Shown: piece by piece, positions 57,329 to 64,000 of the stretch
Position numbering within the stretch: position 1 is the first letter of the stretch
Layout: the number at the start of each line of letters is the position of its first letter
Virus record (IMG/VR): IMGVR_UViG_3300028920_000045
Span: 32,001-96,000 of that record
From: a virus
Strand: one strand, 5' to 3'
DNA: 64,000 bases
Notes under the pieces: model-generated
What the model was told of the DNA's origin: nothing
Seen by the model: the letters and a program-made list of their open reading frames with translations, nothing else
Database searches by the model: none
Translations under genes and position numbers: made by a program

Positions 57329-57911
57329 CCGACTCCGACGGAACGTCGAGGGGTGTGACCTCTGTCCCGACCTCGTCGAGTCCAGGACGAGGATCGTCTT
57401 CGGTGACGGACCGGACGACGCCGACTGGGTCGTGGTCGGTGAGTCCCCCGGTGCGACCGAGGATAAGGTCGGCTCACCGTTCCGGGGGAAGGCCGGTCGC
57501 AAGGCTCGGATGGCGATGGTCGACGAGGGTCTCGATCCGGAGTCGGCGTTCTGGACGAATGTCCTCCTCTGTCACCCCGAGAAGAACCGGGACCCTCGAC
57601 CCGAGGAGGTCCGGAACTGTTCTCTCCGTCTCCTCCTCACCCTGTCGATCCTCCGACCGAAGGTGGTCCTCACGTTCGGTCTCCCGTCGTTCAAGGCTCT
57701 GGCCGGGGTGACGGGTCGGGTGTCGATGTCGGAGTACCGGGGACGTCGGTTCCGGTACCGGGTCAAGACCAGGTCGGGGGGATACCTCGACACGGTCCTC
57801 GTCCCGACGTATCACCCGGCGTACATCGCACGACCGACCGGGAAGCCGTACGAGGCCGACTGGAGGGAGGACCTCCGACTCGTCCGACGTCTTCTGGAGA
57901 GGTCACCGTGA
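57315..57911 (+). CDS. uracil-DNA glycosylase, family 4
   Basis: CDLC, GESPG, PFRGKAG, TNVLLCHP, TYHPA. Confidence 0.93.
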   Translation: MRLLDRLRRNVEGCDLCPDLVESRTRIVFGDGPDDADWVVVGESPGATEDKVGSPFRGKAGRKARMAMVDEGLDPESAFWTNVLLCHPEKNRDPRPEEVRNCSLRLLLTLSILRPKVVLTFGLPSFKALAGVTGRVSMSEYRGRRFRYRVKTRSGGYLDTVLVPTYHPAYIARPTGKPYEADWREDLRLVRRLLERSP

Positions 57912-58195
57912 GCAATCCCAGGACCATCGCAAAAGAGCTGCCTCCGGAAGCGGAGGAGATCCGACGTCGACTCCGACGAGAGAAGGCCGAACTCCGACGA
58001 CAGGAGGAGAAGGTCAGGTCGACCCATGCGGAACTCTGGGTCGTACTACAACGGCACTTCGACCTCGACCTCGACGGGTGTCACTACCAGATCGACGCCG
58101 ACGGTCAACTCCTCCAGGTCCTCCAGAGAGACCGACCAGGTGACACCTCAACGCGCGTCCGGACTCGACGAGACCCGGACTCCTCGCTACACTAG
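57908..58195 (+). CDS. hypothetical coiled-coil protein
   Basis: GTGA overlap. Confidence 0.55.
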   Translation: MSNPRTIAKELPPEAEEIRRRLRREKAELRRQEEKVRSTHAELWVVLQRHFDLDLDGCHYQIDADGQLLQVLQRDRPGDTSTRVRTRRDPDSSLH

Positions 58196-58206
58196 GGAGC
58201 CGTGAT

Positions 58207-58995
58207 ATGACTAGACAGGACCAGGAACGACTCAAGGTGATCGACCGACTCCTCCGGGAAGACGTGGTCGACAAGATCGTCCCCTCCCCGCACCGGTCCG
58301 AGGGGTGGGGCAAGGGACGTCCGGATCGACCGACTCCCTGGGGGGTCGTGGTCCACTTCACCGGGGGACCTCACGGGACCGCTGCCAAGTGGTTCCAGGA
58401 CCCCCGGGCCAAGGCGTCGGCCCATGTCGTGATCCAGAGGGACGGGACCGTCGTCCTCTGTGTCCCCGTCTTCGACCGGGCCTGGCACGCAGGAGACTCG
58501 GTCTGGAAGGGAGAGCGGTACTGTAATCGGTTCACCTTCGGGATCGAGCTGGAGAACTGGGGACCCATCGTTCGTCGAGGAGACGGATACTTCGTCTGGC
58601 CCCCGGTCGATCCGAAGACCAAGGTCCGACAGTACCGTCGTCGGTTCCGAGGGACGGGTATCCATCATGCCCCGTTCCGGTCCGACTTCGAGTTCTGGGA
58701 GTCGTACGACCCCAGGCAGATCGACGCACTCGTCGAGGTCCTCAAGATCCTGGTCGCCCCTCCCGGTGACTGGACTCCTCTCGACGTGGGGAACGTGGTC
58801 GGGCATGAGCAGGTCGCACCGGGCAGGAAGATCGATCCCGGTCCTGCCTTTCCGTGGAAGGAGGTCGTCGCCCGGGTCTTCGAGATCGACCCGTACCTCG
58901 ACACGGACGCCGACCCAGACGAGGACGAGGACGACGAGCACTTCTTCCAGATCCTCGACGGGACGTCGAAGGACAGAGGGGACGGTGTCGCATGA
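58207..58995 (+). CDS. N-acetylmuramoyl-L-alanine amidase (AmpD-like); candidate endolysin
   Basis: VVHFT, SAHVVI.RDG, AWHAG, GIELEN, GHEQVAPGRKIDPG. Confidence 0.93.
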   Translation: MTRQDQERLKVIDRLLREDVVDKIVPSPHRSEGWGKGRPDRPTPWGVVVHFTGGPHGTAAKWFQDPRAKASAHVVIQRDGTVVLCVPVFDRAWHAGDSVWKGERYCNRFTFGIELENWGPIVRRGDGYFVWPPVDPKTKVRQYRRRFRGTGIHHAPFRSDFEFWESYDPRQIDALVEVLKILVAPPGDWTPLDVGNVVGHEQVAPGRKIDPGPAFPWKEVVARVFEIDPYLDTDADPDEDEDDEHFFQILDGTSKDRGDGVA

Positions 58996-59618
58996 GTCCC
59001 CTCACGACAGTCGTCTCGTATCCGGAGAGGGGTCCGTTCGGTGACCACAAGTTCCGGGGGAATTGCTCCGGGTATCTGGTCAAGGACCTCGTCGAGTACT
59101 TCGAGCCGAAGACCCTCCTCGACCCGATGGAAGGTGGAGGGACCTCACGGGAGGTCTGCGAGGCTCTCGGGGTCGAGTACGAGGGACACGACCTCGCCCA
59201 AGGCGACGATCACGACGTCTTCGAGAAGCCCTGGGGGGACCGTCGATTCGACCTGGTCTTCTGGCATCCCCCGTACGCGTCGATGATCAAGTACTCGGAC
59301 AATCCACTCGACCTCTCCGGTCTCACCGTCCCCGAGTTCCGTGAGGCTCTGATCGCTGTCGCGGACCTCCTCTTCCGCGAGGCCGTCGTGGACGGCGGTC
59401 GACTCGCCGTCCTGATCGGGACCATGAGGAAGAACGGACGGATCTTCGCCTTCGCCCGTGACTTGATCACGGACTGGAGGGAACCGTCCGAACCGGAGAT
59501 CGTCAAGGTCCAGCACCATGTCACCTCGAAGTCGACTCGGGCGGCTCAACTCTTCGGGAACCGGTTTATCCCGATTGTCGACGAGAGAGTCCTCGTCTGG
59601 AGGAAGCCATGCCCGTGA
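58992..59618 (+). CDS. small SAM-dependent amino-DNA methyltransferase
   Basis: DPMEGGGT motif I followed by HPPY motif IV; 208 aa. Confidence 0.8.
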   Translation: MSPLTTVVSYPERGPFGDHKFRGNCSGYLVKDLVEYFEPKTLLDPMEGGGTSREVCEALGVEYEGHDLAQGDDHDVFEKPWGDRRFDLVFWHPPYASMIKYSDNPLDLSGLTVPEFREALIAVADLLFREAVVDGGRLAVLIGTMRKNGRIFAFARDLITDWREPSEPEIVKVQHHVTSKSTRAAQLFGNRFIPIVDERVLVWRKPCP

Positions 59619-59791
59619 TCGGCCGAGAGTCTTTCAAAGTCCGTTGCATCCGATGTCAGTCCGACAACGTCGTCGAGAAGAAGGTCCGTCCTCCCTCGAC
59701 GGCCGACAAACCAGCACAACACGGACCGGGGTACTTCCGCGTCCAGAGGACGTGTCGGAGGTGCGGGTTCGTCTGGGAGAAGAAGACATGA
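59609..59791 (+). CDS. small Zn-ribbon protein
   Basis: CIRC...CRRCGFVW. Confidence 0.6.
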   Translation: MPVIGRESFKVRCIRCQSDNVVEKKVRPPSTADKPAQHGPGYFRVQRTCRRCGFVWEKKT

Positions 59792-60237
59792 TCGACACTC
59801 TGATCGACCGAGTCCTCGACCCGAAGTTTCTGGTCAAGGTCCTGGTCTTCGGATTCGCGGTCCTCACCCTGATCACGATAAGGACCGACGTGAGGAACGA
59901 CGAACTCGTCGACCAGGTCGAGACCCTCCGGGCCTGTCTCGGTCCCGTCGAAGGTCGTCCCCTCGTTCTCGACGGGGAGGTCGACCCGTGCGCTAGAGTC
60001 GTGGACCTGGAGAAGAGGGTCGACTCTCTGTCCTGGAGATCAAAGGGTCTCTTTATGGATTGCTCCGACCTCTCCGAGTCCTGTGTCCGTATGACCGCGA
60101 TCATCGACGACGCCCTCCGAGACTTCATACGGACCCACGTCGACCCGGCCGAGATCGAGAGAGCCCGTGACGGGATCGAGAGGTACGCCCGACGCCGAGG
60201 ACCCCCAGAGGGCGGTGTCGGTGGAGAGGAAGACTAG
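59788..60237 (+). CDS. membrane-anchored coiled-coil protein
   Basis: ATGA overlap; FLVKVLVFGFAVLTLITI TM helix. Confidence 0.6.
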   Translation: MIDTLIDRVLDPKFLVKVLVFGFAVLTLITIRTDVRNDELVDQVETLRACLGPVEGRPLVLDGEVDPCARVVDLEKRVDSLSWRSKGLFMDCSDLSESCVRMTAIIDDALRDFIRTHVDPAEIERARDGIERYARRRGPPEGGVGGEED

Positions 60238-60294
60238 CGGGAACGGGTCCTCTGCTCCCTGGAGTCCCGAACTATCCTCCGAAGGAGTGCGAGG

Positions 60295-60672
60295 ATGATC
60301 ACGGCCCTCGACGTACTGGAAGCCCTGACCGAGACCATGTCGTCGAAGACGACTGTCCACCGAGCGGCTCGAAGTCTGGCCCGTGACCCCGTCTTCCTCC
60401 AGAGGGTAGCCGCCAAGCTGCGGAAGAAGGTCAAGGCCCAGATCGAGGAGAAGTCGTTGACCGAGAACGAACTGACAGGAGACCTCGTCGGGTTCTGCTC
60501 GACGACGACTCGGGCCAGGGAAGCCGCCGTCCGACTCCGGACCGTCTTCCACGTTCTCCACCGACTCCCGGACAAGAAAGAAGTCCCGAGGGTGAAGCTA
60601 CCTCCGGAACTGATCGAGAGACCGAAGAAGAAGCCGAAGACGAAGAAGCACGGAAGGAGAGTCGTCCGATGA
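60295..60672 (+). CDS. hypothetical protein
   Basis: SD aaggag; overlaps the next start. Confidence 0.6.
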   Translation: MITALDVLEALTETMSSKTTVHRAARSLARDPVFLQRVAAKLRKKVKAQIEEKSLTENELTGDLVGFCSTTTRAREAAVRLRTVFHVLHRLPDKKEVPRVKLPPELIERPKKKPKTKKHGRRVVR

Positions 60673-61559
60673 TCGACAAGACGGATCAGTACAATCGTTT
60701 CCTCGGGGGGTGGGTCGGTGCGTTCCTGGGGAACGTCCTCGGGTCGTACACGGAGGGGAAGTCCCCCGCCCAGGTCGAGGACTCCTTCCCCCGGGGACTC
60801 CAGGTCCTCCCGGCTCCGACCGCACCGTCGGGTCTCGCCCGAGTCCTTCGGGAGACGGGTGAGGCGATCTCTTCGAGGACGTTCCCTCGTCCTCCGAGGA
60901 AGTCGGACGTCGGTCTCCTGTCCCCGGTCCTCCGGGCGATCACCCCGGGACTCTCCTCGGTTCCGGCCGGTCTCTCCCCCGACGAGCTGGACGAGTTCGT
61001 CCTCCGGTCCATCGGCCAGGACGACCCACCCTTCCCGGCCCCGTCCGTCCTCCTGGCCCTCTGGTACGCCCGGGTCCTCCGGGTCGTGGTCACGACCGAC
61101 GACGACGGACTCCAGGAGGTCGACGAGTACCTCTTCGGACCCATCGACAAGATCGAACGCCCCTCCCCGGCTTTCATCCGGGCCAAGGACGACGACCAGT
61201 CGTACGTATGGGGAGAGGCTCGTCTCCTCTTGGCCGAGGGTGTCGGGACAGGTCTCGCCACGCTGGAGCGTTTCGACTTCACCGACCCGGTCCTCGATCC
61301 CTACACCCTCGCGGCCGGTGTCGTCGCCTGGGCGACCGACGTCCGGGACGAGACCTTCGCCCGGTCCCTGGCCTTCCTGGTCTCCCGTGGTGGGGACTCC
61401 TCGTCTCTCGGGATGATCGGAGGGGCGGTCCTCGGAGCCCGGATCGGATTCGACGATCTCGACCCCGACCTCCTGGAAGGGCTCACCGGTCTCGACCGTC
61501 TGGTCGAGGAGGGGTCCCGTCTCTTCCAGGCCGCACAGGAGTACAAGTCGGGGGAGTGA
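60669..61559 (+). CDS. ADP-ribosylglycohydrolase-fold protein, catalytic acids apparently lost
   Basis: RFLGGWVGAFLGNVLG..TEG and GGDSSSLGMIGGAVLGARIG match the ARH/DraG termini. Confidence 0.7.
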   Translation: MIDKTDQYNRFLGGWVGAFLGNVLGSYTEGKSPAQVEDSFPRGLQVLPAPTAPSGLARVLRETGEAISSRTFPRPPRKSDVGLLSPVLRAITPGLSSVPAGLSPDELDEFVLRSIGQDDPPFPAPSVLLALWYARVLRVVVTTDDDGLQEVDEYLFGPIDKIERPSPAFIRAKDDDQSYVWGEARLLLAEGVGTGLATLERFDFTDPVLDPYTLAAGVVAWATDVRDETFARSLAFLVSRGGDSSSLGMIGGAVLGARIGFDDLDPDLLEGLTGLDRLVEEGSRLFQAAQEYKSGE

Positions 61560-61560
61560 C

Positions 61561-61902
61561 GTGACTCGGGACTCGAAGAAGAAGTGCGAGCACTGCGGGG
61601 GACCGAACCCGTGTATCCTGGTCCGTCCGAAGGGGAAGCCCGCGAAGTGGTACTGCGTCAAGGTCGGGTGTCAGTCGGCCGCGTCGACGTACTACGGACA
61701 GATCTTCAGCGAGAAAGACCTGGTCGGGATCAGCACTGACCCGGAGCCGCCGAGTCCCCCGACTCCCAGGAAGACCAGGGTCAAGAGGGAACGACCGACA
61801 CCGACCAAGGTCAAGAGGGAGAGGCCGAAGAAGGCCCCGACCCGTGAACGGCCGAAGAAGACCGTCGTCCGAGAGAGACCTCGTCGAGTCGTGAAGGGGT
61901 AA
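61561..61902 (+). CDS. Zn-finger protein with RERP-repeat basic tail
   Basis: CEHC...CVKVGC; four RERP units. Confidence 0.65.
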   Translation: MTRDSKKKCEHCGGPNPCILVRPKGKPAKWYCVKVGCQSAASTYYGQIFSEKDLVGISTDPEPPSPPTPRKTRVKRERPTPTKVKRERPKKAPTRERPKKTVVRERPRRVVKG

Positions 61903-61905
61903 CCC

Positions 61906-62685
61906 ATGCCTGCCGGGAAGTCCGTCCTCAAGCTGCCACGGGCCGAACTCCGACTCCTCGTCGCACTGGTCCGACAGTGGCTCACCGAGCACAAGACCGA
62001 CGCCGAGATCCTGGAGACCATCGAAGAGTACGGGATCACCGACATCCGGGAAGTCCGAACCCTCAAGAGACTGGTCAAGGACGAGGACCGAGACGAGGTC
62101 AAGGGGAAGGAACCCCTCGACGTCTTCGTCGAGTACCGCCGAGACCTTCTCGCCATCGCCCGAGACGCGGACGACTTTATCGAGAGGATGTCGACCAAGG
62201 AAACGCAACAGTCGACGATCCCGTCTGCCCTCCGAGTGAAACTCGACGCCCTCGACAAGATCGCCCAGAGAGGGATCGACCTGGGGATCTTCCGAGCCCG
62301 ACCGAAGGGGAGGGGGGTCCTCCTCGGGGGGATCATCCTGGCCGACCTGTCCGACGAAGAACTCCTCGGAGTGGTCGAGCAGATCACCGACAACGTCCGA
62401 GGTCTCCGAGAGGTAGCGAGTCGACCCCTCCTCCCGGCCGGTGGATACCGTCGGACGAAGACCCCCGCCGATTACAAGCCGACGAAGGACGAGAACGAAG
62501 ACGACGTCGTCGAAGCCGAGGTCGTCGAGGAGGCTCCGGTCACAGTCCCACCCGAGCAGAGGAAAAAGAGGAAGCCCTCTCCTGTCCGTGAGAGACCGAA
62601 GAGGGTCAAGGACAAGATGTCGATCACGACCTCGGACGGGGAGACCGACGGACGAGCCCGACCTCGTCGACGGAGACCGACCTAG
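61906..62685 (+). CDS. helical hypothetical protein (possibly small-terminase-like)
   Basis: HTH-like N-terminus, helical core, disordered basic tail; function is a guess. Confidence 0.55.
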   Translation: MPAGKSVLKLPRAELRLLVALVRQWLTEHKTDAEILETIEEYGITDIREVRTLKRLVKDEDRDEVKGKEPLDVFVEYRRDLLAIARDADDFIERMSTKETQQSTIPSALRVKLDALDKIAQRGIDLGIFRARPKGRGVLLGGIILADLSDEELLGVVEQITDNVRGLREVASRPLLPAGGYRRTKTPADYKPTKDENEDDVVEAEVVEEAPVTVPPEQRKKRKPSPVRERPKRVKDKMSITTSDGETDGRARPRRRRPT

Positions 62686-63443
62686 TGCCGATGCGGATAC
62701 CGTGGGGATGGGAGATCGCCGTCCCGGTCATGCTCAACTTGGCCGAGGTCTGGTCCGAACGTCCTATCGTTCGTCCGTCCAGTGAAGAGATCTCCCAGGA
62801 CGAGGGTATCCCGAACGGTGGACGGTGGCTCTCCCAGGCCCTCGCCAAGCTGGTCCGAGCCAAGCTCCTCACGCACCAGAAGAGGGGGCAGAGAGGATAC
62901 CGTCTCCAGAGGTCACCGTCGAGGATTAACATGTACTCGGTCCTCATGGCAGGGCCGACCCGGTCCGAGGCGAGACCGAGCAACCGGATCTTTGATCACC
63001 GAGTTCTCTTCCTCGACCGGTCCGACCAGGACCGGACCCGGGAGTCGAGAGGACGGAACCCGAGCGCCTGGTTATTCGACCGGACCGAGGACCTCGTCGT
63101 CGAGTTCCTCAAGCGGACGACACTGGCCCAGGTCCTCGCCGTCAACCTCGACCTCGTCCCCCGAGTGGTCTACACCGACGAAGGGAAGACGAACCAGCAC
63201 CTCCGGTCAATCCGGGAGTCGACGCACAAGATCCTCCGAGAGTTCTGTCCCCTGATCGAGACGACGAAGAGTCGACTCCAGGTCTGGCCGTATCGAGACG
63301 TCGCAGACGCCGTCAAGGATGGGTTCCGGGCGTGGTACGAGGACCTCCCCGAGAACCGACGGAGGGAGCCGAGGTACCTCCTGGACCGAGACCTCGGTTC
63401 CCTCCGTCTCTCGATCCTCGACCGGGTGTCCGATGCCGGTTAG
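62685..63443 (+). CDS. Rrf2-family winged-helix regulator with C-terminal extension
   Basis: SEEISQDEGIP..WLSQALAKLVRAKLL..KRGQRGYRLQRSPSRINMYSV; start may be ATG 62691. Confidence 0.75.
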   Translation: MPMRIPWGWEIAVPVMLNLAEVWSERPIVRPSSEEISQDEGIPNGGRWLSQALAKLVRAKLLTHQKRGQRGYRLQRSPSRINMYSVLMAGPTRSEARPSNRIFDHRVLFLDRSDQDRTRESRGRNPSAWLFDRTEDLVVEFLKRTTLAQVLAVNLDLVPRVVYTDEGKTNQHLRSIRESTHKILREFCPLIETTKSRLQVWPYRDVADAVKDGFRAWYEDLPENRRREPRYLLDRDLGSLRLSILDRVSDAG

Positions 63444-63849
63444 GAAGTTTGGGCCGACCCTCCCGGGTACGACCGAGGTGGACGAGTCCCCGATCACGAA
63501 GTACGAGGAGGACCTCAAGCGGGGACGAGTCACGACGAAACAGATCCTCGACGCCCTCGGTGGTCTCGGGGTCATGGTCGAGAACGACCGGGACATCCTC
63601 GACGGTGGTATCCTCTACACCCTCTCGGTCGAGGTCCCAGGAAGTCGAGCGGGCGAGGTCCGGTCCTCCTCGTTCAAGATCACGGACGGGGAAGCCGAGG
63701 TTCTCTCGAAGAGGCGACTCGAAGTCAAGGTCGCATACCGTCTCTTCTGGATCGGGACTCTCGTCTATCTGGACGCCCGAGCCCGACGGGGGAAGGAGAC
63801 CGTCCGCAAGATGTCGGACGGGACCGAACTGGTCGAGGTGGAGCTGTGA
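63433..63849 (+). CDS. hypothetical protein with sheath-like N-terminus
   Basis: MPVRKFGPTLPGT...; overlaps both neighbours. Confidence 0.6.
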   Translation: MPVRKFGPTLPGTTEVDESPITKYEEDLKRGRVTTKQILDALGGLGVMVENDRDILDGGILYTLSVEVPGSRAGEVRSSSFKITDGEAEVLSKRRLEVKVAYRLFWIGTLVYLDARARRGKETVRKMSDGTELVEVEL

Positions 63850-64000
63850 GGTTCGTCGTCCGACAGTTCCGGGCCTGGGAGAGAGCACTCGCCTCGGAGT
63901 TCTGTCACGTCGACCCAGGGGTCAACGTGGCCGTCGTCGAGTCGACCCCCTGGAGGGGACGTCCGTCCTTCGAGGTCCTCGGTGTCCTCCGAGTCCACCT
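63846..64000 (+). CDS. 5' part of a gene running off the window
   Basis: GTGA overlap; frame open to the window end. Confidence 0.45.
   Translation, partial: MRFVVRQFRAWERALASEFCHVDPGVNVAVVESTPWRGRPSFEVLGVLRVH

Noticed and set aside
1-64000. Haloarchaeal virus, alternative genetic code, or tRNA genes
   Set aside because: DnaE, RecA, sigma factor and amidase point to a bacterial host; all three stop codons end genes cleanly; no cloverleaf was seen in the short intergenic gaps

Overview
This window is 64 kb of a large, GC-rich (roughly two-thirds G+C by eye) tailed bacteriophage with a contractile, myovirus-type tail. All credible genes are on the + strand and tightly packed, often overlapping by 1-4 nt. 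About 1-27.9 kb is the virion module: a GT4 glycosyltransferase, a 931-aa modular repeat protein, neck proteins, sheath, tube, a tail chaperone with a -1 slippery site, tape measure, baseplate and fibre. About 27.9-29.9 kb is a probable holin/spanin-like cassette. About 30-58 kb covers replication, recombination and transcription: SF2 helicase, a probable initiator carrying internal iterons, DnaC-like loader, DnaB, primase, a MoxR/CobS AAA+ and vWA pair behind a near-consensus sigma-70 promoter, a sigma factor, DnaE, UvsY-like, SSB, RecA, SbcD/SbcC, resolvase, 5'-3' exonuclease and UDG. About 58-64 kb is accessory: amidase, DNA methyltransferase, a degenerate ADP-ribosylglycohydrolase and an Rrf2-like regulator. 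No capsid, portal, large terminase, tRNA, CRISPR array or integrase is visible. The host is bacterial but cannot be identified from the sequence. The most unusual signals are: a shared Cys4 micro-domain embedded in charge-block disordered proteins, alongside basic tags on many replication enzymes; a glycosyltransferase next to a Ser/Thr-rich repeat virion protein; an intragenic iteron origin; apparent GpC avoidance; a small protein that copies the sheath N-terminal arm; and a lysis cassette with no lipobox spanin. All product calls come from reading motifs by eye, not from database searches.
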